Virus record (IMG/VR): IMGVR_UViG_3300025358_000001
Span: 1 to 36,067 of that record
Source: a virus
Lineage: Duplodnaviria > Caudoviricetes
Direction: 5' to 3' (one strand)
DNA length: 36,067 nt
The position numbers were made by a program, and so were the translations under genes. This document shows, in pieces, positions 1 to 9,608 of this stretch. The notes beneath the pieces were generated by a model. That model saw only the letters and a list, made by a program, of their open reading frames with translations. It was not told where the DNA came from and did not search any database. How positions within the stretch are numbered: the stretch's first letter is position 1; each line of letters opens with the position of its first letter.

Positions 1-127
1 AATGGCCCTCAGATGGTGTTTGGCAGAGCGTTTGATGCCTATGTATGGCAAGGCTAGTCCAACGCAAATAGCCATGATTCAGCAGTATGCAGCACAGGGC
101 AAGAGTACGATTAAGCGTACTAACATG
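1..127. repeat. Terminal direct repeat, copy 1 (circular assembly overlap)
   Basis: 1-127 is identical to 35941-36067; it lies inside a coding sequence; 127 is a common assembler k-mer size. Confidence 0.95.
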
Positions 128-217
128 AGGCCTGTAATTCTTGCACGTTATGACAATGTATTAACTTCAACCAAGACTCGTGATGCTGGTTGGATTTTGC
201 ACGGAGGCTTCATTTAG
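2..217 (+). CDS. C-terminal part of the P22 gp4-like head-tail adaptor (gene starts at 35189 and crosses the join)
   Basis: In frame with the ATG at 35189 through the overlap; ..[22 protein letters not shown] resembles gp4-like adaptor C-termini. Confidence 0.75.
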   Translation: MALRWCLAERLMPMYGKASPTQIAMIQQYAAQGKSTIKRTNMRPVILARYDNVLTSTKTRDAGWILHGGFI

Positions 218-224
218 AGATTCG

Positions 225-253
225 TTGATTTTATGGGTGGATTTGTGTATTAT
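225..253 (+). promoter_or_regulatory. Putative sigma70 promoter for the HNH gene
   Basis: TTGATT (225-230), 17-nt spacer, TATTAT (248-253); AAAGGA RBS before ATG 278. Confidence 0.5.
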
Positions 254-277
254 TAAGTTTTTAACAAAGGACTTAAT

Positions 278-856
278 ATGCAAGACAAAGAAACCATAAA
301 CGCAAAAGCAAGAGAAAGTTACAGAAGAAGAAAGGAAGGACTTGTATCACCAAATGCTGGTAGGCCAGCAAATACACCAGATGTTCTTTGGAGTAAGGTG
401 GATATTAAAGGCCCAGATGATTGTTGGGAATGGAAAGGATGGAGAAACACTAATGGATATGGGAGAACGCAAATAAATGGAATGTCCTATTATGCGCATA
501 GAATAATTTTTGATTTGGCAAACCCAAACACAATTACTTTAGCAGGGCCAAAAAACAGAAAAGCATTTGGTTTCTTAATGCATACTTGCGATAATCCTCC
601 TTGTTGTAATCCAAATCATTTAAAAGTAGCCGATCAAAAGGCTAACATGAAAGACAGAAAAGAAAAGGGTAGAGCAAATCTTAGAACTGGGACAAACCAT
701 CAAAGAGCTGTATTTACTAAAGAGGAAGAAACAGAAATTTTAAGGTTGAGAAAAGAATTCGGTTACACAATCAAAGAACTATCAATCAGATTTGGAAAGA
801 ATTTATCAACCATGAAAACTATGATTAGAAGAAATAGAGAGGCTTTTAATGTCTAG
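278..856 (+). CDS. HNH homing endonuclease (HNH_3-like) with C-terminal HTH-like region
   Basis: CWEWKG..GYG..AHR..HTCDNPPCCNPNHL..N motif; C-terminal YTIKELSIRFGKNLSTM helix-turn-helix-like segment. Confidence 0.9.
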   Translation: MQDKETINAKARESYRRRKEGLVSPNAGRPANTPDVLWSKVDIKGPDDCWEWKGWRNTNGYGRTQINGMSYYAHRIIFDLANPNTITLAGPKNRKAFGFLMHTCDNPPCCNPNHLKVADQKANMKDRKEKGRANLRTGTNHQRAVFTKEEETEILRLRKEFGYTIKELSIRFGKNLSTMKTMIRRNREAFNV

Positions 857-2435
857 CACTACTTTTACAGATGGAGTAACAGTCATTAGGTCTTCATGGC
901 TTAATGATGTTAATGGCACGACTTACAATGGTACGTTTCCTAACAATGCTGTTACTTTTAACAACCTGACTTGGAATGGCATTACAGTAACTCCTCCTAG
1001 TGGTGGAACAACTACGTTTTTGAGAAATGATGGAACGTGGCAAACACCGGGGGGTTCTGGCATTGGCACAGTCACATCCATCACTTTTACATCTGGTCAA
1101 TTAACTGGTGGAACAATCACTTCCACAGGCACAGTAGGCCTTGCAACCACTTCAGTAACTGCTGGCTCGTATACCTCTGCAAACATCACAGTAGATGCTT
1201 ATGGACGTATTACAGCAGCAGCAAATGGCTCTGGTGGTGGTTCTACACCTACATTGCAACAAGTAGCTACTGCAGGTAATACATATACTGGTGGCATTGT
1301 TACATCAAACACATCTACTTTCCAAGGTGTGTTGATTGGTGCTTCTTCATCAGGCCCTACTGGTACTGCTTATGGCATTGAAACAACCACTTCAGTTATT
1401 GGAATTGGTAACTCAACATCACAAGTTTATTTGTATGGAAGTTCATTAGTACCACAAACTAGCACAACGTATGGTTTAGGCTCATCTGCTTACCAATGGG
1501 GTAGCTTGTATTTGTCAGGCACATTTAATTGGAATGGTTATGGTATTACTGCCCCATCAGGCTCTACATCAACATTCTTGAGAAACGATGGAACTTGGGC
1601 TTCTGTTTCATCAAGTACACCTAACTTACAGCAAGTTTGTAACGTTTACAACATTACAACCACAAACGCTAGTTTTGCAGGTACACAGATTGGTGCAACA
1701 TCTTCAGGGCCTACAGGTACTGTGTATGGAATTGCTAACCCATCTTCTTCAATCATTGGGTTTGGTAACTCAACATCAAACATTTACTTGTACACGACTG
1801 GTGGGACTACAAACCTGATACCCGGATCAGCAGCAGGAGGCTCATCTGCTGTTGGCTTGGGTTCTAATTCTTACCCATTCCAAAGTATCACAGTTTGTAA
1901 TTCTGGAACTGCTGCAGCTTTTAGTAGCTCACCTACAACTGTTTACATTGAATCAAGTACAAATGCTTTAGGTGCTTACTTAACTGCATCTTCTAGCCTG
2001 TCTTTGACTGCTTATGCTTCTTTGTTGGCTAACTACTCAGGAAACTACCATTTCAGTTTCTTCACAGGTTCACCAAGTTCTTATACAGTTGCTGGTACGA
2101 TTTCTTCACCCACTAGCACATCTGTTAACTATGGAACAACTTCTGACAGAAGGCTAAAAACCAACATTCAGAACTATGCCAATAGTGGTGCAATCATTGA
2201 TGCTTTGCAACCAAGGTCATTTAACTGGGTAGGTTCTGGTGTAGCTGATGTTGGCTTTATTGCTGATGAAGTTCAAGCAGTTGTTGCAGGAGCTGTTGTA
2301 GGCCAAGCCAATGCTGTGGATTCAAATGGCAAGCCTGTATACCAAATGGTTGACTTGTCAGCACCTGAAATGATGGCTAACATTGTTGCAGAGCTAAAGT
2401 CCATTCGTGCTCGTCTTCATGCTGCTAACCTTTAA
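849..2435 (+). CDS. Tail fibre/spike with C-terminal intramolecular chaperone (peptidase S74-like)
   Basis: Ser/Thr/Gly-rich; GSYTSANITVDAYGRITAA fibre motif; TSDRRLKTNI..LQPRSFNW..GFIADEV autocleavage chaperone signature. Confidence 0.85.
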   Translation: MSSTTFTDGVTVIRSSWLNDVNGTTYNGTFPNNAVTFNNLTWNGITVTPPSGGTTTFLRNDGTWQTPGGSGIGTVTSITFTSGQLTGGTITSTGTVGLATTSVTAGSYTSANITVDAYGRITAAANGSGGGSTPTLQQVATAGNTYTGGIVTSNTSTFQGVLIGASSSGPTGTAYGIETTTSVIGIGNSTSQVYLYGSSLVPQTSTTYGLGSSAYQWGSLYLSGTFNWNGYGITAPSGSTSTFLRNDGTWASVSSSTPNLQQVCNVYNITTTNASFAGTQIGATSSGPTGTVYGIANPSSSIIGFGNSTSNIYLYTTGGTTNLIPGSAAGGSSAVGLGSNSYPFQSITVCNSGTAAAFSSSPTTVYIESSTNALGAYLTASSSLSLTAYASLLANYSGNYHFSFFTGSPSSYTVAGTISSPTSTSVNYGTTSDRRLKTNIQNYANSGAIIDALQPRSFNWVGSGVADVGFIADEVQAVVAGAVVGQANAVDSNGKPVYQMVDLSAPEMMANIVAELKSIRARLHAANL

Positions 2436-2444
2436 GGAATAAAA

Positions 2445-4655
2445 ATGCCTGAAATGGGTTTTGTTGGGCCATCCTATGCAGCTCCTTCGATCTACCAAGA
2501 CGATCAGGAGTGCATTAACTTTAGGCCTGAAATTGACCCATTAAAGCAAGCAGGACAAAGGGGTGTGGTGGCCTTGTACCCAACACCCGGACTTTCTCTT
2601 TTTAGCACCTTGCCAGCCAACGCAGAAGTCAGGGGTATGCGTACCCTTTCTGGTGGCAAGTACATGGTTGTTGTCTGTGGCTCTTATGTATATTACCTTG
2701 ACTCAACAGGTGCTTATACCCAGATTGGGCAACTATTAACCACAACTGGCAGGGTAGGCATAGCTGACAATGGCCTTCAGGTAATGATTACTGATGGGGC
2801 TAATAGGTATTCTTGGTACATTTCCACTACCTTGACTGGTAGTTTTAATGGTGTAATTTCTGGCAACCAAGTTAACGTTGTTTCCATTATTTCAGGCTCA
2901 CTTTATGTAGGTCAAGCAATTACTGGTACAGGTGTTCCTGCTAACACAATCATTACTGGTTCTTCAAATACTGCTAATGGCACAGGTGTTTATGGCCTTA
3001 ACAATTCTGTTAGCAATGGCACATTAACTGGAATTACCCTTAATGCTGCAGGAACTGGCTACACAGCTCCTCCATCAGTTCAGGTATCTAGCCCCATCAT
3101 TGGTGAAGTAGCTACAGTTACTTGGAACTCGATTACAGTTGTTTCATCAACATTGGGTTCTGGGGGCACAGGATACACAGTAGGAGACGTTTTAACAGGT
3201 TTTGGTGGTGCATATACTACTGCTTGCCAAATCAAGGTTCTGACTGTTTCTAGTGGTGTTATTGCTACCTTTCAGGTTATTGTGAATGGTGTGTACCAGA
3301 CTGCACCCACAAGCCCTGTAACTTTCCTTGGTGGTACAGGCAAAGGTGCAACAGTTACCTTGACGTTTGGCCTTAACAACGATTACACCATCACAAATGC
3401 AGGTTCTTTTTACACATCAACACCTATTTTGTATGTGTCAGGAACAGGCACAGGTGCATTGTTAGTAGCCCAATACAGCCCATTAGGTAATCAACAGGTA
3501 TTTACCACTAACAACTTTACAGTAATGCCAGCCAATGATGGTGCTTTTACTGGTGCTGATGTGGTAGACGTGGTGGACAATTACTTTGTCTATAACAGGC
3601 CAAACACGCAACAATTTGCAGCATCTGTTTTGCTACAAACGCAGACTAGCCCTTTGTCGTTTTCAAGCAAAGATGGTGCTCCTGATAACTTGGTTTCCCT
3701 TATTGTTGACCATAGAGAAGTTTATTTGCTTGGTGAAGTAAGTTCTGAAGTATGGGTGGATGTGGGTAGTTTCCCATTTCCTCTGCAAAGGATACCGGGG
3801 ACTAACACCCAACATGGCATCATAGCCAAGTTCTCAATTGCTAGGGTAGGCAACAGTTTTGCTTACCTTTCTCGCAACCAACGAGGCCAAGGCCAAATAG
3901 TAATGATGAATGGCTACGTTCCTACTAGGATAAGTACCCATGCAGTTGAAAACACCCTTGTTAACCAAAAGATTGATGATGCAGTTGCTTGGACTTACCA
4001 ACTAGAAGGCCATGAGTGCTACGTTATTAGCTTTCCAAGCCTAGACATTACATGGGTTTATGACGTAACCACTACCATGTGGCATAAATGGCTTTGGGTG
4101 GATAACTACAATGTTTACCATAGACATCGTGGTAATTGCTCCGCGGTCTTTAATGGCTATGTTTACGTTGGTGATTGGCAAAATGGCAACATTTACAAGC
4201 TAGACCCCAACAATTACACAGACAATGGTCAAGAAGTCAGAAGGCTAAGACGAGCACCACACTTGGTAACTGACTTGCAGAGGCAGTATTTTGACGAATT
4301 GCAGATTCAGTTTCAGCCAGCAGTAGGCCTAAATCCAACTGCATCTACAACAACCACTTCAGCAGTAGCTGGTGTAGCCATAGCAGGTTTAGCAGTAGCA
4401 GGTAATACTGGTGTAACCACTTCCAATACTGCTGGTGTAAACCCTCAAGCCATGTTAAGGTGGTCATCTGATGGTGGCTCTACTTGGTCAAATGAACATT
4501 GGGTTTCCATTGGCAAGCAAGGCAAGTATAAGAATCGTGCCATTTGGAGACGTTTAGGGTGGTCTAGAGACAGAGTTTTTGAGGTAGTGGTGAGTGACCC
4601 AGTATTTGCCACAATCGTGTCTAGCAACCTTAAATCAACTGTAGGGGAAAATTGA
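2445..4655 (+). CDS. P22 gp10-like tail hub / packaged-DNA stabilisation protein with inserted beta-rich domains
   Basis: LYPTPGL, DGAPDNLV, LLGEVSSEVW, RISTHAVE, WSSDGGSTWSNE, WRRLG motifs; position in the tail module. Confidence 0.85.
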   Translation: MPEMGFVGPSYAAPSIYQDDQECINFRPEIDPLKQAGQRGVVALYPTPGLSLFSTLPANAEVRGMRTLSGGKYMVVVCGSYVYYLDSTGAYTQIGQLLTTTGRVGIADNGLQVMITDGANRYSWYISTTLTGSFNGVISGNQVNVVSIISGSLYVGQAITGTGVPANTIITGSSNTANGTGVYGLNNSVSNGTLTGITLNAAGTGYTAPPSVQVSSPIIGEVATVTWNSITVVSSTLGSGGTGYTVGDVLTGFGGAYTTACQIKVLTVSSGVIATFQVIVNGVYQTAPTSPVTFLGGTGKGATVTLTFGLNNDYTITNAGSFYTSTPILYVSGTGTGALLVAQYSPLGNQQVFTTNNFTVMPANDGAFTGADVVDVVDNYFVYNRPNTQQFAASVLLQTQTSPLSFSSKDGAPDNLVSLIVDHREVYLLGEVSSEVWVDVGSFPFPLQRIPGTNTQHGIIAKFSIARVGNSFAYLSRNQRGQGQIVMMNGYVPTRISTHAVENTLVNQKIDDAVAWTYQLEGHECYVISFPSLDITWVYDVTTTMWHKWLWVDNYNVYHRHRGNCSAVFNGYVYVGDWQNGNIYKLDPNNYTDNGQEVRRLRRAPHLVTDLQRQYFDELQIQFQPAVGLNPTASTTTTSAVAGVAIAGLAVAGNTGVTTSNTAGVNPQAMLRWSSDGGSTWSNEHWVSIGKQGKYKNRAIWRRLGWSRDRVFEVVVSDPVFATIVSSNLKSTVGEN

Positions 4656-4879
4656 TGCCAAGCATTTATGGTTCTCCTCAGAACAACCCATACCCACAAA
4701 GTGAGTTTTTGGATGCTTCTAGCAAAAGGCCTACAAGACCTTGGCAGCAGTTTTTTATTAACTTGCTTAACTTTAGTGCAACAAGTACAACTCCAGCCCT
4801 TCCTAGTCAGCCAAAAGGCTATATGCAAGTGACTGTGAATGGCAAACAATATAAAGTTCCATACTATGACCTTCCTTGA
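4655..4879 (+). CDS. Small tail protein at the P22 gp26 (needle) position
   Basis: Start overlaps the hub stop; PTRPWQQFF segment; synteny. Confidence 0.5.
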   Translation: MPSIYGSPQNNPYPQSEFLDASSKRPTRPWQQFFINLLNFSATSTTPALPSQPKGYMQVTVNGKQYKVPYYDLP

Positions 4880-5333
4880 AGAAATCAAAGTTCCTACTAG
4901 GGAGCAAATAGAGGCACTTGAATCAGAAATGAAGAAAATGCCACAAGCTGAAATGGTTACAGAAAACTATTTTAGTGATGGTATGTATTGCAGAAAATTG
5001 ATTAGGCCAGCAGGTACATTGATTGTTGGTAAGGTACACAAAAAAGATCATTTTTTTATGTGTGTCAAAGGTGAAATCATTGCTTGGTCAGAAAAAGGCA
5101 TGATTAAATTAAGTGCTGGAGATATAATTCAAAGCAAAAGTGGAACAAAAAGAGTTACTTTGGCATTGACAGATGCTATTGGGTTAACAGTTCATCGTAC
5201 TGAAAAAACTGATTTAAATGAAATAGAAGCTGAATTGATTGAAGAAGACGATACAGCTCTATTTGACGCATCTAATAAGCTCAAAGATTGGGCTTTAGAA
5301 ATGCAAAACAATTTAGTGAAGGGGATATTATGA
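4866..5333 (+). CDS. Cupin-fold protein
   Basis: FSDGMYCR..PAGTLIVGKVHKKDHFF..TVH cupin-like metal-binding pattern; likely start ATG 4866. Confidence 0.6.
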   Translation: MTFLEEIKVPTREQIEALESEMKKMPQAEMVTENYFSDGMYCRKLIRPAGTLIVGKVHKKDHFFMCVKGEIIAWSEKGMIKLSAGDIIQSKSGTKRVTLALTDAIGLTVHRTEKTDLNEIEAELIEEDDTALFDASNKLKDWALEMQNNLVKGIL

Positions 5334-6106
5334 GTTGGGTAGCTGCTGCAATCGTAGGTAGTTCGTTAATTAGTGCGAATGCTGCAAAGTCAGCAGCATC
5401 AACGCAAGCCAATGCTGCAACGCAAGGCCAACAACAACTACAACAAAACTTTCAAAACTTAGCACCTAATTACAACCCTTACATTCAAACAGGGCAAACA
5501 GGGCTAAACCAACTGAATGCTGAAACAGGATATTTAACTACTCCTACTCAGACATATCAGCCAATGGGTCAGGCCCAATTTAATGCTAACTTAGCCCCAA
5601 ATTACCAGTTCCAATTAAGTCAAGGACAAGGAGCACTCAATGCTGCTAACAATGCTACTGGTGGTTTGGTTGGTGGAAATGCTCTCAAAGGACTAGAAGA
5701 TTACACCCAAAATTATGCTTCTGGTGCTTACCAAAATGCTCTTAACAATTACATGGGTCAACAAAGCCAACAATTCAACCAAGGGCAAGCCCAACAAACA
5801 AACATCTACAATCGTTTAGCAGGTATTGCAGGAATTGGTCAAAATGCTGTTACAGGGCTTTCTAACCTTTCTACTGGCAATGCTACTAACATTACTAACT
5901 TGGGTGTTGGTGCAGCTAACGCAACAGCAGCAGGGCAAGTAGGTGCAGCTAATGCTGTTAGCGGTGGTGCAACTGGGCTTGCAAATTACAGTTATTTGCA
6001 AAACCTATTAAACCCTAATGGTGCTAATGCTAGTAATTCAGGTGGGTATAACTTAAATGCACCCAATGGAATTCAAAGTTACTTTCAAACAGGTGGTAAT
6101 ACATGA
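5330..6106 (+). CDS. DNA ejection (pilot) protein, P22 gp7-like
   Basis: MSWVAAAIVG hydrophobic N-terminus, Ala/Gln/Asn-rich, PNYQFQLSQG motif; ATGA overlap at 5330. Confidence 0.7.
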   Translation: MSWVAAAIVGSSLISANAAKSAASTQANAATQGQQQLQQNFQNLAPNYNPYIQTGQTGLNQLNAETGYLTTPTQTYQPMGQAQFNANLAPNYQFQLSQGQGALNAANNATGGLVGGNALKGLEDYTQNYASGAYQNALNNYMGQQSQQFNQGQAQQTNIYNRLAGIAGIGQNAVTGLSNLSTGNATNITNLGVGAANATAAGQVGAANAVSGGATGLANYSYLQNLLNPNGANASNSGGYNLNAPNGIQSYFQTGGNT

Positions 6107-7587
6107 CTTCAACAGTTAATGCCAACTTTTCTGACGTAGCATCTAAAGTTAACCCTGTTCAGGGGATGAGCATAGCTGATATGCTCACTATGGCTCGGAA
6201 TGCTCAAGCATACCAACAAGCACAGCAATTAAACCCTTTGCAAGTTGAGAAAGCACAAACTGAATTAGCTACTTCTAAAATAGAATCTGAAAAAGCTAAA
6301 CGCACATTAGAGCCAACAGTTTCTAAAGCTGAAACTGAATCGCTATTATCCAAGACATCATTAAATGATGCCCAATTGCTTAACTTGCAAAAACAACAGG
6401 CTAATGCAAGCAGAAATTTAATTAAATTGCTTGATTCACCTGACCCCATTACACCTGATGTAATTAAAAACCATGTTGTAGCAACCATGCAAAATGCTGG
6501 TGCAAGTGATGAAGCAATCATTCAAGCAGTACAAGGTTTGCCTACAAGTGGAACTGATAAGCAATTAAGGGCTTATTTAGCAAAACACACATTAAATTCT
6601 TTAACTGCTGAAGCAGAATTAGAGAAACGATTCCCCAATGCAACTATGGTTGGTGCTGGTGGCAATATTACACCTAGACAAATGGGTAATGAAGCATTTA
6701 CTGGCATGAAAGCTGGAACTGCTGTAGGGCCATCTATTGCTATTACACCAACACCGGGGACTACAACTGTTAATGGTGTTGTTGGTCAATACGATGCAAA
6801 TGGTAAATTTGTACCTTTTGATGTTCAACCATCAGGTGCTACTACTGCTGCACCTAGTGCTATGCCAAATGTTGCACCACAAGAGAAAACACAAAAACCT
6901 ACAATTAGCAAAACTTCATTGATTCAATTAGATGAGCCTACATCAAGAGGCCAATTAAATGACCAAGAAAAAACTAGGTATACATCAGGTGAAGAAGATT
7001 ACAAAGCATCAGGTGAAAGAGCACAAATTGCACAAGATGCCAAATTAGCTGCAAGACAAATTAAACGTTCTTTAGCTGCATCTTCTGGTAGCAAAGCTGG
7101 ACAAGTTGTTAGGGACGCAGGTCAAATGTTCTTTGGCAATACTGAACTTGATACTTTGGTTAAGAATTTGGCAGAACAACAAGTTAGACAATCAGCACTT
7201 ATGGGTTTGAAATCTGTTGCTGCTGAACAAGACTTAAAGACTGCAAATGGAACTGACAAAGTTACCAATGAAGCATTGGCTCACATTGTTGAAAGAGCAG
7301 AAGCAACTAACCTTGCTGCTGAAAAATACAATGCTGCATCAGCTAAATTGCAAGATAAGTTTGGTAAAACAAAAGCATTCCTTAATACTGACAACTTTAA
7401 AAAGGCATGGTCACAAAACTATGACCCTGTTGCTTTTATTATTCAAAATACAAACCAACAAAATATTCCACAAAAAGACAAAGACACTATCATTGATTAC
7501 TACACATCAGGTATGAGTCAAAGTCAATTAGATCAATTGGCTACCAAGATGAAAAACCTCAAACGACTAGAACGTGGAGATTTCTGA
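6103..7587 (+). CDS. Putative DNA ejection protein (gp20 position)
   Basis: Large Ala/Gln/Lys-rich helical protein following the gp7-like gene; synteny only. Confidence 0.55.
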   Translation: MTSTVNANFSDVASKVNPVQGMSIADMLTMARNAQAYQQAQQLNPLQVEKAQTELATSKIESEKAKRTLEPTVSKAETESLLSKTSLNDAQLLNLQKQQANASRNLIKLLDSPDPITPDVIKNHVVATMQNAGASDEAIIQAVQGLPTSGTDKQLRAYLAKHTLNSLTAEAELEKRFPNATMVGAGGNITPRQMGNEAFTGMKAGTAVGPSIAITPTPGTTTVNGVVGQYDANGKFVPFDVQPSGATTAAPSAMPNVAPQEKTQKPTISKTSLIQLDEPTSRGQLNDQEKTRYTSGEEDYKASGERAQIAQDAKLAARQIKRSLAASSGSKAGQVVRDAGQMFFGNTELDTLVKNLAEQQVRQSALMGLKSVAAEQDLKTANGTDKVTNEALAHIVERAEATNLAAEKYNAASAKLQDKFGKTKAFLNTDNFKKAWSQNYDPVAFIIQNTNQQNIPQKDKDTIIDYYTSGMSQSQLDQLATKMKNLKRLERGDF

Positions 7588-9608
7588 TGCCATTCGACAA
7601 TGAAGACCTAGACCCAGATGTAGCTGCAATTCGTAAAAGAAATGCAGTTTCACAAATACCTGTTGGCAAAAGCCCAATGTCAGGTAAAAATCCTCAGTTA
7701 CAACCTGAAGATGAATACGACTATGATAAAGATGTTGATGTATCAGCATTAAAGAAAAGAAAAGCTAAACCTGCAGAAGAAAAAGATGTAGGTGGGTTTC
7801 TGCCATCATGGTTAAAAGGTGGTGGTGAAGCTGCATTGCATACCATTGCGTCTGGCTTGTCTTACCCTGCTAGTGCTGTTGCTGGCATTTATGGTACGTT
7901 GGCAAGTGGCAAATTTGGAACTCAAGAAGGTATTCAAGCTGGTGAAGAACTAGCCCAAAAAGTTCAAAGGAATATGCAAAATGCTGGTACTCAGCCAACA
8001 ACTGAAGAAGGCAAAGCAATACTAGAAAGTTTAGGCCAAGGCTTTGAGGCACTTCATGCTCCCCCTGTTTTCCCAGAAGCTGAAGGTTTAAGAATCAGTC
8101 GTGAGCCAGCTATGGTTGGTGGGCAGACTGCTAAACAACAATTGCAAGCACAATTTGGTAATTTAGTGCCAAAAGTAAGAATTGAAAAAGCCCCAAGTGG
8201 GTTGCAAAGTGCAGGAGCTGCTGCAGCAACTAACCCTGCTATTGTTAAAGGCAATATTGATTCTGCACTTGCTAAGTTTGATCCTAATAGCCCTGTTGTT
8301 GAACATATATCTAAACAAGCACCTGAAAATGTTGACGTTAATGCTTTAGAAACAAGGGCATTAGAAGAAAAACATGGTGTTGATTTATTGAAAAGCCAAA
8401 GAACTAACAATCTAACTGATTATGTTCAATCATGGAATCACAGAGAAGCTAATGGTCTTGCATCTGATTTTGCTCAACAACCAAAACAATTAGCACAAGC
8501 CTTTGAGGAATCTAAACAACGTCATGCCCCAAGAATTCCATCTGATGCAGATGCTTCAGAACTTGGTCAACATGAAATAAATGGCTTAATTGAAAAAGAC
8601 AAGCAAAGACAACAAAATATTCAAAATAAATATTTGGATTTAAAGAATTCATACAACGAAATTAAAAAGAATTTAGGTTTAGCTGAATCTGATGATTTAC
8701 CTTTAGATGGTAAATCTTTTGTTGAAAATGCAAAGAAGACATTAAATTCTGAATTGTTTACCAAAGATGCAAGAGAAAGCATTGATGAATTGTTAAACAA
8801 AATAGAAGACAAAAATGGTGTAATGACTTTTCAAGAATTTACAACACTTGACAAAAGATTAAGTGAATTAAGTAAATTTGGGAAAGGTAGCGAAAAAGAA
8901 GCTGCTAGATTGACTAGAAATCATTTGAACAATATGGAATTGACAGATGATGCTGCACCTTTATACCCATTGCTTAAAGAAGCAAAAAAGGCAGCCAAAG
9001 AAAGGTTTGATGTTATTGACACAAACCCTGCTTATGCCAAAGCTATTGGTGAAGGTAAAGATTTAGAAGCTGGCACATCACAAGGTGAAAGTCTTGATGC
9101 AGGTAAGTTTCATAGAAAATATGTTTCTACTGCAACACCAGAAGCCATTAGACGTTTGAAAGCTGAATTACCAGAAGGCCATATTGCACATGAAGCCATC
9201 ACTTATGGTGAATTAGACAGAGCCAAAAAAGCAATAACTAATGCAAATGAATCAAGAGTAAAGTCAGATCAGTTTTCTAATTTTTTAAGAGACAATAAAT
9301 CAATTTTAAAAGAAGCATTGTCCCCAGAGGCCATGCAAGACATAACTGAAATAGGGTTTTTGAACAGCAAAATTGGAAAGCCTGATGCTGGAACATTTAG
9401 CCATTCAAATACTTATAGTGCCATGCTAGGGGATTTAGCTAAAAATGGTTTGCTAACACTTGGTGAATCAGCATTAGCTGCAAAAACTGGTGGCTTGTCT
9501 ACATATCCTGTTTCTATGGCTAAAAAGTTTAAAGAGAAATTTGATAAAAATTCATTTGCAACTGAACAGAGAAATCGACTTGGTGGGTTAACAAAGGAAC
9601 AACAATGA
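7587..9608 (+). CDS. Putative DNA ejection protein (gp16 position)
   Basis: 673-aa helical protein, third gene of the ejection cluster; synteny only. Confidence 0.55.
   Translation: MPFDNEDLDPDVAAIRKRNAVSQIPVGKSPMSGKNPQLQPEDEYDYDKDVDVSALKKRKAKPAEEKDVGGFLPSWLKGGGEAALHTIASGLSYPASAVAGIYGTLASGKFGTQEGIQAGEELAQKVQRNMQNAGTQPTTEEGKAILESLGQGFEALHAPPVFPEAEGLRISREPAMVGGQTAKQQLQAQFGNLVPKVRIEKAPSGLQSAGAAAATNPAIVKGNIDSALAKFDPNSPVVEHISKQAPENVDVNALETRALEEKHGVDLLKSQRTNNLTDYVQSWNHREANGLASDFAQQPKQLAQAFEESKQRHAPRIPSDADASELGQHEINGLIEKDKQRQQNIQNKYLDLKNSYNEIKKNLGLAESDDLPLDGKSFVENAKKTLNSELFTKDARESIDELLNKIEDKNGVMTFQEFTTLDKRLSELSKFGKGSEKEAARLTRNHLNNMELTDDAAPLYPLLKEAKKAAKERFDVIDTNPAYAKAIGEGKDLEAGTSQGESLDAGKFHRKYVSTATPEAIRRLKAELPEGHIAHEAITYGELDRAKKAITNANESRVKSDQFSNFLRDNKSILKEALSPEAMQDITEIGFLNSKIGKPDAGTFSHSNTYSAMLGDLAKNGLLTLGESALAAKTGGLSTYPVSMAKKFKEKFDKNSFATEQRNRLGGLTKEQQ

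Noticed and set aside
218-856. Group I intron around the HNH gene
   Set aside because: Upstream gene ends normally, downstream gene has its own start, and only ~60 nt of non-coding flank exists
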